Shown here: piece by piece, positions 12,459-25,869 of the stretch
Layout: every line of letters starts with the position of its first letter
How positions within the stretch are numbered: the stretch's first letter is position 1
Source of the DNA: Ramazzottius varieornatus
Lineage: Eukaryota; Animalia; Tardigrada
Length of the DNA: 64,000 nucleotides
Direction: 5' to 3'
Assembly (NCBI GenBank): GCA_001949185.1
Contig: BDGG01000005.1
Span: 3,181,916 to 3,245,915 of the forward strand
Made by a program: the position numbers and the translations under genes
The notes under the pieces: model-generated
What the model was told of the DNA's origin: nothing
What the model saw: the letters and a program-made list of their open reading frames with translations, nothing else
The model's database searches: none

Positions 12459-15419
12459 TTACAAAATCGAAGTTGTGCGTCTGTTCTCCGATTCAACAAG
12501 CATTCGTGAATGCAGCCACCACCACCACGGATCTCCACTTGCGCGAGCCCTCCGGTTCAGCCACCAGATAAACCACGTGGATCCTCCGGTGGTCAAAAAA
12601 AGTCCCAAACAGGTAGCGGGCGCCACAACTGAAACCGATAGAACTTGGTGACCTACGGTGAACACGAAGTTACTGCAATGAAAGTCAACGTAGAAACGTA
12701 CAATATACAAGTACATACCTGCGATACAATTTTCGCCCTCGTAACCGCAAGGAGGCTCGCTCAGAGGCACGTGCCCGTTGCTCCAGGAAAAATTTCGTCC
12801 AAATGGAAAACTCGCATTGTTAGTCCGGTGTGTATATCGAAGCACATTCTACAACAGGTACTTTGAGCTACCGTTCCGTTGGGACTGTTTAATCAGTAAA
12901 GCGTCAGTTGATCGACGATCCGCTAATGCCATCTTGTGTCCCAACTGACCGGTCGTTGAAAATACCACCTAGATTTTTCCAGTCATGGATTACAGTTTAG
13001 ATTTCGAAACCCACCTCGAATTTACCGGTTGTTGAGTCGAGCTGCTTGACAAGCATGTCAAGATGTTTCTGTCCCCCAGGAGAAATATAGACGGCGCCCG
13101 TGGGAAGGTCGAATGTGCGATTGAGAATCCTTTGAACCATGCCGGCGCCGTCGCGCAGCAAGGTGTACGAGGAAGAAGAGTTTTCCGGGTTTATAGTTTC
13201 GTTTATCACCTACGCGTATGGGAGTTGCTAGGTCGATCGCTCAGATTGAAAACAAGGGGTCACCCCGGTTCACCTTTCCTAGTAAGTTTATTGCTGTGTA
13301 AGCGGATACAGTCGATGCGGCCAACTGAAAAAGGTAACCACACTTGATTCATTTCATTGAAACGTCAGGCAGATGTGAAATGTCTTACTTTGTCGGAGGC
13401 GGAGAAGTTGGGGTACCCGGATTTCCCGATTTTCTCACGCATTTTCCGTAAAGTTTGACGCGGTAACTTGTCGCCGTCATTCCCATTGTCAAAGGTGATG
13501 TACAAGATCAGTCGGGCAGTTTTGGTAGTCACCTAGGTTAAGACAGCGCAGCGATAGGCTACTTGATCATTTGATCGGTAGCGCGACTGAGCATACATTA
13601 GCTATCAGTTCTCACCTCGCTGTCGCCGGTTATCCATTTCATCTGAGGATAGCTGGGAAGCATAATGAACGGCATGGCCACGAGATAGACCTGCGGAAAA
13701 CACCCAGACAGAAATGTCAGTCTTCGACGGGATTTAACCGCCTCGTCATCTGATAGAAGAATATTGAAGTACTCACGTAGTCGCTGTTAGTCATGCTTTT
13801 CTTTTGAGCATGGATCTGTCAGACAAAAACTCAATGAAGTTTATTTTAAAGACTTTGTAATTGTCACTAAGGTCTTAATTGTCTGTCGAAAAGCGCCTGG
13901 TCCTGTGTTGCAAGAATTTGAGTACCATGAACTGCCTCGACAGCGCGCTTCCGCACAACAGGAAGACGACTGAAAAGAGGACCAGAGGCAATAAGCGTTG
14001 ATGCCGTGACCTCAGCTTCTCTCCCACAATTAGCAAGATCGTTGGAATCTTTTGAATACCTCGAGCCGACTTTTGAACGAAGTCGAGATAGCCGTCATAA
14101 TTTACTGGTCCCACTCCACTATCAAAGTTGATGGCAAGCACGCGAAAAACTGGTGGAGCTAGCTGACGTTTGAAATTGTCGCAATTTGCTCTGAAGAATC
14201 CCGCATCTCGCTTGTCGTCGCAAAGCAGGAAGATTGTTGTCCATTCATAATAGAGCAAAAACCGTTTCATAAAACTGGAGAGCACGGTGTTGTGGACTGG
14301 AGCCACCAGTAACGCGGACGGGTACCTTCTCTCGTCGGTCGGAAACCCACCTAGACTAGACCAGAATGTAAGAGCAAGCTTATACTCTTTGCACTACAGA
14401 AGAGTGAACACACCATCGAGTGCTTACGTTGAAACCGCTGGAACATTCCATTCTGTGGACAGACGCGCCATCATCAAAAAATCCACCGCGCAAACTGTAA
14501 ATCGCACGATGAGCCAAACAGTCTAAGAACCATGGGGTGGAACCTGTCCGAAGTGGTCGTATTTCCAAATTTTCGAACGTTCGTTTGATTAAATCGGTCT
14601 GGAGTTTTTCGTTTTGGTTCGACAAAACACTAGTCCCATTGTCTAGGAAAGTTTGGACAAGCAAAAGTCTGACATCCGCCGCTATCGCGTTACTTCGCTA
14701 GGATTTTCTCCTTAGCCAGTGAGATGTCCAGTTCGTCTCCAAATAATTTGATAATTTTTGCAGAACTCATTTCGGTCGGTGCGGTATGTCTTCCGCACCG
14801 AGCAGTCAGTGTAGTCAGTTTTCAGAAATTTCGAAAAATACTGTAGGTGATCTGTTGAACCTGGCCGCGCCTCTCAGATCTGGCCAGTTAAAACAGGGGG
14901 ACAAGTTTAGACCCCATAGTACCATAATGTAAACGGAACACCTGGTGCCCAGAGTATTAATGACCACTGCAGAACGCCGGTACTGTGGTATGGGATTCTT
15001 ATGAGGGCGCTAGTGTACTCACAAGGTGCAACAAAGATAGGTAAACCCTTTGAGAGCGCTGAGCGTTCAATAGCGTAGTAGTAACTGGCGGCAAGATTTA
15101 TCGTTTCGTCTGCCAACTGCTCGCAAGAGACTACGCTTTTGTTGGTGAACGAAACAGTCTTCATCGAAAATCTGCCGGCGTAAAGTGAGTTCACGTCATC
15201 GACAGCCGTCTCGATGCCGGGAATTACTTCCGAATACTGGTACGCCGCTATCGTAACAATGGTCAAGATAGGAGCTGTACTGTTCGAGTGGGGGTGGACA
15301 TTAGTCAAGGTCGCCGGAACATTCCTCAGATGTTGTTGAGTGGTGCAAACAATCAGGCCATAAGAAAATGTCAAGAGAAGCATTCGCGTCATTATGTTGC
15401 GGATGAGGGTACGAGTCAT
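12459..15419 (-). CDS. Natriuretic peptide receptor-like single-pass protein lacking kinase/cyclase domains, copy 3
   Basis: Signal peptide ([13 protein letters not shown]); [63 protein letters not shown]; [26 protein letters not shown]; tail DPWWWW...TTSIL, stop at 12459; closest to copy 2. Confidence 0.8.
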
Positions 15420-15994
15420 CTAAAAATTCCGCAGAGTGGAAACGTCCCAAATATTGTCGAGACTGTGGCTCCCAGGGGCATATCTTCACCCCCTGCAGTT
15501 TTCCCAACACTGCCACCGCTGTTACAGATGGATAAGACCATTGATTAAAGCGAAGCCTCCTGTATATTGTCTCGTATATGGCTTCTATAAGACGGACTAG
15601 GCTGCCAGTCGGGTAGGATAAGATCCGAGTAATTTTGAGCTGCGGAACTGGTCCAGACATGCTTATCTCAAAGAATAGCCCCGGGAATGAGAGCCGGATG
15701 AACGGACGACTCTTACCTGAAGCAATCCCATCCGGTTGACATCTTGACGGATCAGGTGCTCCTCCGGTCCGATAATCGAAAATTTGAGCCGGATCCATCC
15801 GTGGCTGGATTGGGTTACAACAACTCTAGGCTAGTCAATTATTGCCGACGATGTTTTGGCATGGTGGTCTAACCTGACGTTAGGAGTTCGCGTGTCGATA
15901 GCAAGCCATTACTTACAGAATGCCCATTGGCTTATGCTCCAATTCCCCTTCCAAAGTGTTTACGAATGAGTGATATCAGCAAAAACAATTTGTA

Positions 15995-16148
15995 CTGTAG
16001 TGCTGCCAAATTATCGCGCACTCAACCCCGTGATGAGTCATCGTTGCCCAGTACGATCAGATGAATTATTGTAGCCTCAATGACTCTCACCCTGGGCATC
16101 ATTTACTGTTCACGTGGTTGAGTGCGCGATAATTTGATAGCACTACAG
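15995..16148. mobile_element. 154-bp Tc1/mariner-type MITE
   Basis: TA|CTGTAGTGCTGCCAAATTATCGCGCACTCAACC...GGTTGAGTGCGCGATAATTTGATAGCACTACAG|TA; ~39-bp TIR, TA on both sides. Confidence 0.85.
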
Positions 16149-16505
16149 TAATAGCTTGTTGTGCGGAGGATGCCGGGTTTACCTACCCTGGGGGCCAACA
16201 GTGGAGTGCCCACTGTGATATTCGGCCGTCGGAGTACCACACTGGTATAAAAGTTTAAGCATTATTTGTGGTAGTGGATTGACTAATTGAAGTTAGCTGA
16301 TCCAGGCTTTGTTTCGTCTCATTTCGGTTTCATAGTTGTGCTCACAAATTTTTCATTTAGAGAAACAAACGCAGAAGATTTAGACGAACAGTTGCAGAGA
16401 TCTGGTTGTGGCCCGTTTGCTGTCCTTTGTGACCACTGGCCACTTCACTGCCGCCCGCTCGTAGGCATTGCTTCGTCTAGATTGTCGTCCACAATAACTT
16501 CAGTA

Positions 16506-16669
16506 CACGCGCCTGGCCTAAATGTGGGGATGGACAAAAATGTGGGGAACGGAGCGAAAGCGACTATGCTTTGATTGATTTAACTGACTGGTCAACCACA
16601 GCTGGCCCGTGTCGCTTTCGCTCCGTTCCCCACATTTTTGTCCATCCCCACATTTAAGCCAGGCACGTG
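16506..16669. mobile_element. 164-bp MITE, family A
   Basis: TA|CACGCGCCTGGCCTAAATGTGGGGATGGACAAAAATGTGGGGAACGGAGCGAAAGCGAC mirrored at the right end ...GCCAGGCACGTG|TA; ~59-bp TIR. Confidence 0.88.
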
Positions 16670-19296
16670 TACGCCACAGACCGAATTCAACACGAGCGTC
16701 CAGGCAAGTTGCGGGTCGCGCGGAATTCACAGAACGTAATGCGCACATACATGACAGATTGAACCGGACTTTAGCTTTGTGCCATACGAAGGTCCCACCA
16801 TTTCTTACGGTTCCAGAGTCTGGGTTCTCTTACGAACTTTTGTGAAACCTAACATGGGGAAAGTCCGTAAGCGCTCGAAAAATGCTGAATATATCAGACA
16901 ATTCGTTCATGGACTACAGTCAGGTGCCGTGCTCCTGTAAATCCACAGCCGAAGGGAAATTTCACTTTTAAACCTGGCAATCCGGGACAAAATCGACGAG
17001 AAGTTGGGTCTCCCGTTTTTTCTCAAGCACGCTGTTGGATTCAGAACTGAAGGAATGAGCAGCGCTAGATGATTCCTAATTTTAGGCTCGACTTTTGACG
17101 ACTTTTGGCTATGCCTTAAATAAAAAATCAAGAAGAGTCTGTTGGTGGTTTAGAATTCCATAAGCGAAGCGGGGAAAAGAAATGCAAAATTACTGTGGCA
17201 GAAACCGACAAGCCATAGGACGACCTTAAAATTTCGAGCTGAAGCGAACCTATCAGATCTGGTGTACAATCATAGAAGTTTTCCAGCAATATTCTATATT
17301 CGAAATCTGAAAACTATGAGTTCAAAACTCGTTTGCTTCGATTGATCAGTTCAGGAAAAACACTCACTATCAGAAACTCATCTGAGATAGGATGTTCGAG
17401 TAATTCAGCACTGTAGAAATCGACTTGCGACATACTGTACATTTGGAAGTTTCTCATTGAGTTAGTGCGATTGTAGTTTGGTTATAATTTTATGGCTGGA
17501 CGGCGTACGGGGCATTTTCTGTGGTCAATACGCACATGCGCGCGTATCTCAACATCTTCCGAAAACAACAGGAAGCGCTTCGTGGATGTTCAGGCTATGG
17601 ATTCAGTGTGATTAGTATTATCCCGGAGGTTCTAATCGTCACTCGTGATGACCTTAACCGCGACGAGCATCTGTCTTCTAAGTCACTTTGCATTTAGTAG
17701 TAACCTACTAGGTTGTTATGTAGATTACGAAAAACTTGTGTTCAAGAAGGCGATTACTAACCTCCCATCGGTGGGTAGATCATGACAACCCGAAAAGCGA
17801 TCACAAAGACCGAAAAGTTATGAATGAGTCCTTTTTACTCGATTTCGATCAGCCTAGTCGCTTACTACGTTGACTTTGTGAATGCATCAAGCAAATAACT
17901 AGCGTCATATTAGTCCCCGTTATGAACTGCACGCCAAACCTACTAGCCAACATAGGCTATGTTCCCCACCCAACTTCAGATCCCTCGTCCAGTTCCTAGC
18001 TTCGACATCGGAAATGTTTTAAGAAAATTTATTCTTATGACTGCTTGCTTCTAAAACCTTTTCTATTGAGGAAATGCTCACCAGCATCGACAGGAAGCAA
18101 GAAGTTCGCGAGCGACACGTTTTTGCCCGAAATCTGTGTGGTTTCCTGCATGGCGGGATCCTCATCCTCCACGCTGCCTGCGCAGTTTGCAAGCCAATTC
18201 CTCATAAACGCCGATCAGTCCCTACTCTGCACGACATTCGTAATGTCGCAACGAAAGCTGGAGGTTACTCGAAAACCACCAAATGTGACGTCGCAGGAAC
18301 GCAAGAAGCATCGCGGAAGTGCGATACGACAAAGTCAGCAAGTTCGAAATCAGCAGGTAGACGACTACGCTAATAGAGAAGTTGCACTTTGCGCAGATGG
18401 TTTGAACAAACGAGAACTAATCAATTTTGAAAATCGAAGTTTATGAAAGCATTCGCTAGAAGCTTTGAGAAGTTGTACAACGCGGGCGAGTTCGAGAAAA
18501 ACGATGGGACAAATGACTGCTACTGGTCATGGTGGTTTGTTCGGCAGTAATTAGCCCTCCAAGTTAAAAAGGACCGGCTCAAATGCAAATCTGATTGACT
18601 CATTGTCCGGAGTGGAGGCCCTGTGTTGCCCGGGCACCGATTACGCTTCCCCGTGCTTGGGGCCAGCCAGGGCATTACTGACGGCAATTCGCTCATGTTT
18701 GAAATCTACGGGTGATTTTCTTCGTGATTCACGAACGAAGCCCCCCTTCGCTCCGAGAATCGCGAGGCGAATTACAAATCTTGAAATTTTAAACTTTTCT
18801 TATTGCAATCGTTTTGTCCAAACCATCTGTGCAAAGTGCAACTTCTCTAATAACGGAGACTTTATGAATATTCAAAAATCAAGTCGGTTACTTGCAGTTG
18901 ATCGTAATACCGTCTACCACACCAACTAGCTTTGTCGAGCGTGCATAAATTCCACATAGTTATTAATAGTCATAACGACCTAGAAGACTAAATGTACGGT
19001 GTCTAATAGTGTTGTCGTTTTCATAGGGATCAGCAACCACTGACGAAAAGATGAACAGCTGAGACTGCTCTCCATCGTCAATTTTTTACAGAGTCATTAC
19101 CTTAATCTAAAAGTGTACAGGCCAGAAGCGTAATGCAATTGCAACTCGTTCAGGTATTTTCAGTTTGTTGAGACGAGTACGTGAAGCCTGCAAGGCGCTG
19201 ATGTGCCTGAAAGCTGTCAGCTACGTGGTCCTCATATGCTTCGATTCTTTTATGAGATTGAGCCCCGTTCTTGGTCAGCATTGTCCCAGAAAGACG

Positions 19297-20464
19297 TTAC
19301 GCACTGGCGGAAATTTTACTGGTATCGCTGGAGTTTGAGCGGGTCGAAGTCAGACTCGAGCGCTTTCCCGGGCACTCCAGAAACCGGCGGAATTTTTGAG
19401 TAACCAAGCAGTACATGAAAAAGTTCAACGAATAGTTGGAGAGTGACAAGGTGTTGATCAGTGGAATGAACGAGCAGCAGTAATCTTTTCCAGTCGCCAG
19501 AAAAACTGCTTCGCAGACCGCGGTCGGCGTCTGAGTCACCAGATAGAGCGCGCCACTGATTAGGAGAACGCTGTGGGGGACCGAACTTGTTGACGCTTCG
19601 CTTACATGGCGGACCAACAGCCTTCGGCTGGCTTGAGCGCGGCTCATCTGATAAGCAAGCATGCAGTTCAGCACGGCGATAAGTACCCCCTTCACCAACA
19701 TCATTGCGATCTGCAAGAAGTATAATCCTTCCACGTGGTGAAGAGGCATGAGCTAAAACGCCTTACCTCTCCAGTAGTCTGGGCATCGTGCCACCGCTGA
19801 ATCAAGGGTTCTACGACGTGGCTGGTGTTGGTCATCACGGGGAACCCATGACGTTTTGCCAGGTAGACGGCCTGTCGAACTAAGTCACCTGACTGGAAGA
19901 TGGCAGACAGCAAACCCAAAATGGCCACTGTTATGAGTGCTCGGCGAAACGCGTCCTTTGTAATCACAATGAATAGTCCAGCCGGCGCCGTACTACGGTA
20001 AACCGTGACAAAGCGCTCGATGATGTAAGCCATCAGTACCCAGTCCGACAGCTGGATGCAGGTGTGACGCCACCACAAAACTATACCACGGGACTCAACG
20101 TACTGGTTCCACACCCAGCTTTCCATCCGATCTTCTGATAGATCGAGGATTTCAACGAGGAACGTTCCCATGTAAAACCACCTGCAACAGATTTCTTCAG
20201 TCAGGGATCTCTTCAGTGAAAAGCCAAAGAAGCTTACAGGACGCAGAGGTCGCAGATTGCCACTGCGACGAGGTAGACCGTCGAGCTGCATTTTTCTCGG
20301 TATCTATAGAGAGCATACAGGCATAAAATGTTCCCCACAGTGCATAGCACGAGCAGAACGGGATAACCAATCCACTGTACTGAACTGACAATTGGTAGAT
20401 CGAAACAGACTTCGTGATTAGAATCCGCCGTCTCCTTTGCAATCGTTCCGGTGCTGTTTTCCAT
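19297..20464 (-). CDS. Divergent class A (rhodopsin-like) GPCR, FMRFamide-receptor/srw-like; exons 20464-20238, 20181-19767, 19710-19297
   Basis: GT-AG joins keep the frame; TM1 GN (VGNIL), TM2 LVAVAICD, TM3 IIERF, TM6 LVTQTP, TM7 NYSLNFFMY, helix 8 QKFRRFL. Confidence 0.85.
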
Positions 20465-21145
20465 AGTCACGCTCTAATAGCAAAAAGTTCACTCGAGTAT
20501 GAATTCGGAACTCCAGCTCAGAAGAAAACTACGTGAATTTAGAATGTCAAAGGATGCACAAAAATTACTAGACGAGTAATGTTTGCCCGTATTTTGTTCG
20601 AAATGAAGAACATCAAGTAAACAGTGCTTTGTTTTGGGAAGATCATCATCTTAGTAAGAGGAAATGGAGTCTGATTTCGAAACGATTGCAGAACGGTGTA
20701 ATGAGTGTGCCGAAGGTTGCCGATATTCATCTGCTCACTCGCAACTAATGTGGATGGTTTCAGCCGCATAAAAACGACATCGGTAGGCGAAGCGAATCTG
20801 TGTCAGCCAGCTGTTTCTGAATTGTGCATGGAGAATGTCATACTCATCGCCAAAAGCGTTCCCTATCACCTGAACCCCGTGATCAATTTTCAACTGTAAG
20901 CCGTGCGTGCAACGGATCGGCTTCCTGCGAGAAGCTATCGTTATCAAGACATTTTTCGTCCACCTGGCGACGTACGCAGTATATGCTCCAGGCCTCGAGC
21001 AGGCGATCGAGAAATTTAATCCACAGATTAAGCTGCCACCGTGCTTCACTGAACGAACGCGGAAGTGACTTTGCCGGAATGGAGGCACTCGTAATTCGGA
21101 TGCGACGCGAATCCGAATGCCCACAAATGATCACCCAAAGGAAAC

Positions 21146-21478
21146 TCAGAAGAACTTGAGATGGCGGGAAGGCGAGGGAGGCCGGATGTATCCGCGGTGA
21201 GCAGAGAATTTCCAGCGGACAGCTTGTTGAATGTGGGTCCCGTTGGTGTTGTGGTCGGCGGCTGCTGTGGCTCCTCCAATACGGAAGCTGTGGGAGGAGT
21301 ACCGGTGGAAGTGTGGTTCATGTTTGAGGAGGGTCTTGACGGCTTGGTTGAAGAGCGAACGGGTAAGGAGGATACCGTCGTTGAATTGAAACACGGGGAG
21401 CTCAGGTGAATTTAGGTGACGGGAGTTCATAAAGGCACAGACAGGGCACACCGGATGGTGAGTTGGAGGAAGAGTCAC
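21146..21478 (-). pseudogene. C-terminal fragment of a DIRS/Ngaro-type tyrosine recombinase
   Basis: CPV...PVFQF.DG..LTR...YSSHSFRIGGATAAA...IQQAVRWKFSAHRGYIR: H-x-x-R, RW and catalytic Y motifs; no N-terminal part or RT nearby. Confidence 0.8.
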
Positions 21479-23999
21479 TGACTGGTCGGAACCGGCGTAA
21501 CAATGTGAAACAGCCGTAGCTTACGCGAGCAGGAAGGAAGGTGTGGTGTGATGGGAAAGGCAGTGGAAACCACACGTTAACCAAGATTAAATTCGATTCA
21601 ATTCTAATTAGGCTGCCACCATGGGACGGAAGACCGATTGTAGCTAAAATGAGCTGCAACATCAGTCGTAAGCGCAGCAGCTGATCACAACTTTAAATAA
21701 TTGGGCAGGAATATGCTACCCAAGGCTAGCTACCGTAATTCCGATTACGCTAATTTCCGAAACCGAGGGGAGCTCCGGAAAGGAAAATGTAGCTACACGT
21801 CCCAAAAGGCGCCGAGCAAGCCATTACCACAGTCGGAAAGTGTCGGCAGAGACAGAAGTGTCTGAGTGGGCGAGGTTGGCAGGGGGACCCCGGATGGACG
21901 TTTTGTAGCTAGTAAATCACCAGGCAAGTTTGATTGCTGCTCTTGAAGCAAGACCTGCATCTGGGGTTCCTCTTCCAATCTCACTAGGCTTTTCTCGAAC
22001 AACATAGGATGAGGAGTTTTATCCATTTTATCCGCCTGTAGAGGTCTTTGTTGAGGAGGGCGTTGCTGCTGACATGCCAGGCGAAAGCTCGGATGCGGCT
22101 TCTCTACGGTTGGAAACAACAGGAAGATGAAGACCTTAATTGTAGCTACGGGTCTGTACAACCAGAGTGAAACAATATCACTTCTAGTGTGTTCTCCGCA
22201 GTGCAGGCGTTGTTGGAAAACCGTTGACACAGCGTAGACAATCAGCCGTAAATATAGCTAAGGGCCGACTTTAGTTGTTGATCGTACTTTAGCTTTTGAT
22301 TGACCGGGCCGACTTTGACCACGTGCTTCTTGCGTACAGTGTCCGCTTTCAGTGACACGTGGTCAAAGTCTGTCCCGTCAATCAAGGATCCGATCAACCG
22401 CAACCTGGTATCAACGGTTTCCCAGAGCCGCCCGTACTAGTGATATTGTTTCACTCTGGTACAACATCAACAGAACGGTGTCGATTGCGACTTCTTCACA
22501 TACGCGTTCGTCTACGAGCTACAGGGCGCTCGCACCAACTTGCTACCACCTGTTACTACCACGAGGAAAAAATCAGATTGCTTCTTTTCCGCTTTTTCTT
22601 GCACACTATCCATACAACTCTTCAAGCAGCTTCGGTTGAACTACGCGCCGTTTTATAATATTGAAAATCAGCTTGAAAAAGTTGACTAGCGTGAGTTCCG
22701 GTGGGGAAGACCTATCGTAACGACTAAATCTGTTGTCCACAGGACCCCATGGTAGATTTTCGATGCGACATCTGCTGTCAACAGGCCAACAGCTGTAACA
22801 ACTTCCCGGCGAAATTCCGGGCCATTTTGCCGGGGGATCAAATTTTCGAAACACTTTTTGCTCCGCGCAGCCGATGTTGAGGAGACCGATGGTTGAACTT
22901 CGCAGCGCAACACCCTAAAAATCACTCCGCACAAGCCGATGAACGCAATAGCCAGAGTACGCATCTAGTTTCAATCTATTTTAATGTAGCCAGTTCTTGC
23001 TTGATGGAAATACGTCCTACTCAGGATCTCGAGACGAGCAGAAACTCTGGAAGTGGTGAGATACCATACGGTACATCGCTTGTGTCGTTGTGTTCTAACC
23101 GCTCGTTCGATCCGGATTCGCGAGAAGTCTACATCAGCCCTACCAGTTTCTCTTGAAGAAAAGTGGGTATCTGCATACGAGAATGCATACAAAGTATTTT
23201 CTCTCCGGATGTACCTTTTACGACATCAGATTGCTTGAAATATTGAACTGTATCCCAGGTTTCTTTTGTCGCACTTTGTCGTGGTAATGAGACGAAAATC
23301 AGTGGCTGAAGAATTAATGGTTACCACTTGAAAAGTACAGGGTTGTAAAGTGCCAGTCTTGACAGCAGCAACGCGTACAAGCTGGAGACCTCACCAGCGA
23401 GCTCTTTGGCCGCACGGTGCCTTTGCAGTCTTGATGTTTGGTTAGTTGACTAGGAAGTGGTACACCACTGGACAGCCGAACGCGAGACTTCCGCTAGCAC
23501 CTTTTCTATCACCCCCTGAATTACCTGCCGGCTCGCACTCCGGTGCTTAACGCCTCTGTTGCTCTGGAGCCGCTCATGTCAGGGCGTCACCCGACCCAAA
23601 TCCGCTTGTGTGACAAACAGCTGAGGAACGGCAATGCTGAGCCTGACGTCACGACTCAGACCGGCTGTTAGCCGTGTACGAACGCTGTTACCACTGAGCC
23701 GCGACGTGAGCGAAGTCCGATTCTCCCGAGTAAACCATCCTCCAGTCGATCGTCACATGACAGCACTACGTACGGGCGCCAGCTGTTTGTCACATCGACT
23801 ATTGCGCAGTGGCATGGCTGCGTGGAACTGGCCACAGCGAGGTTTCCAGAACTTCTCACAGTCATCAGCAGAGCTGGCGCATCTGATCATCTTCGCTGGT
23901 AGGTCACTCACCCGAACAACGAGCTTTTCTCTCGTCATCGAACAAAATTTATATGATAAGGAGGCTATACTGTATGTCAAACCAAGATGTTGCTCCATT

Positions 24000-24093
24000 C
24001 AGCAATGAATTGACTAGAAACAGCCTTGAAGGTCACATGGTTGCCAGCAATGAATTGACTAGAAACAGCCTTGAAGGTCACATGGTTGCCAGC
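24000..24093. repeat. Exact tandem duplication of a 45-bp unit
   Basis: CAGCAATGAATTGACTAGAAACAGCCTTGAAGGTCACATGGTTGC occurs twice, followed by CAGC. Confidence 0.95.
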
Positions 24094-24406
24094 TTACGAG
24101 ATTCGGTCTTGCTTTCACGCAGCTACATACATCAAGTCTTGTCTATTATGTTTCATTTAATGGCAAAGCGTGGGTATGCAGGTACCTGAGAGTTCCTGTC
24201 TCAGTGCACTGGGGATGAGTGCACTGGATACGACAGCGGTTCAACGCGCCAGCCAATGGCAACGCGTTTGGCTCCGAGTACGCCCCCAAAAAAAGCCATC
24301 ATGTGGGTGGTCAAACTCAACATTGCCCGAGTCTCCCTTTGAAAACGTCTCGCTTCACTCGGCTGGATCAAATTAATTTCACATTGCTATACACTGAGTC
24401 CCATAT

Positions 24407-24686
24407 TTATCTGTCCACCCCCATCTTCGTTTCAAAACTTCATACTTATTTCGCACTAACCCGATTTCGATATTTTGAACGTCTTTATAGAGATCAGTGG
24501 GTGATCTTTACGACCACGTGACTTCCGTATAAGTCAATCAGAAAATCAACTGGCAGTATCATCCCTGCGAACACCTAAAACTGCCTTGTTTTCGGCTCCG
24601 AGTTGCGGGTGCTAGCCAGCAGATAGCACATCATGCTTGTTGGACAATTTTTGAATTTTTGAACAAAAATGCGGGTGGACAGATAA
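24407..24686. mobile_element. Degenerate MITE-like inverted repeat
   Basis: TTATCTGTCCACCCCCATCTTCGTTTCAAAA versus TTTTGAACAAAAATGCGGGTGGACAGATAA. Confidence 0.5.
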
Positions 24687-25869
24687 TTACGACCGATGCA
24701 CGTGCTGGTTTGAGCAAGATACATGCTTTCAGTGCTTCCACCTTGTTCCTTATAACTTTCTAACTTGTGGTTAAAACTTGATCCTGATTTCAGACTGACG
24801 TTTCTCAGGGTCTATCTGAAGTACGAAGAGCAAGTCCTAACTTTTCTAACTCGCCGAACTAGCGAGTACCATACTAACTGACAATGTTCTCAGCTCCCAT
24901 CAGGTCCTGAATTCCTAATTTAATTCACGAGCATCCCCCCACACCTTTCTCTATTCTAATCCAGACAAAGCGGAATTCGGCGGAGAGATCATGACGGGAG
25001 AAATTCCCGAAGGGAAGGCATTTGTAACTGGAGTCCGATATTAGGGAGCATACTTTCTGCAGAGAGCAGAGTAAGCTAAGCCAGTAAACCACATATAGGC
25101 CAGACCAAGTAAAAATCGCAGGGATTAAATGGCGTGGCCCAGTTTGCCATAACACTTCTCACATGATTTCAATTCAAAATCGGAACGGCTAAGACTTTAC
25201 TAACTCTCGAGTGAAAACTCATTGCCTTGAATGCTCTCAGAAAATTTGCCTGAATCTCTCGCTGGCGGTGATCCTTCCTTTTACTGTTCTCCAACATTCC
25301 AAACCGCACTTTACTCTCTTTTCGATATTTGCGAGCCGTTCTGCAGCCCCGCCAACGAGCTCTTCCACTAAACTTCTCGAATTTTCCTCAAGTTGTTGCT
25401 CATCTACCGTCGAACTACCGACTGCGGGATACGGTAACACATCGATTGAAATTATTTGCTTATATCTTGGCTCACGGTGGTCAAATCGGATGTTTCCAGG
25501 TATCAAACTGTAATCCAGACGTAGTTCTACTGCTGTGAGCAGAACTGTACACAGGAAGCGCGAAAGAACGGAGTTATGCCAATTTGAATTACATCTGTCT
25601 TGACTTCCGGTGGCGGATGACGTCACCGGGTGAGGGTGAGAAAACGACGGTTTTTTGGGTATGTATGCCACGTTACAGCTAAAGTTTCACTCCTATTTCT
25701 TGTTCTCTGAATCAGGATTTACTGCTCAACTTTTAACATGAACGGAACACGTAGCACCGAACACGGAGACAACTGGGTAACTGAGGGGCCCACGAGCGAG
25801 GCTTAGGGACAATGTTCACCTGACCTTATTCGCGTCGTACCACCAAACAATTACTCTACGACGCGAAAC

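Noticed and set aside
15596-15830. hAT-like MITE rich in CCGGAT motifs
   Set aside because: No convincing TIR pair or 8-bp TSD.
16011-16130. Hammerhead ribozyme suggested by TGATGAG inside a hairpin
   Set aside because: No CTGANGA/GAAA core in the correct arrangement; explained as a TA-flanked MITE.
16850-18930. Several 70-130 aa ORFs between receptor copy 3 and the GPCR
   Set aside because: No recognisable motifs or consistent splice chain; treated as chance ORFs or unrecognisable relics, like most short ORFs in the supplied track.
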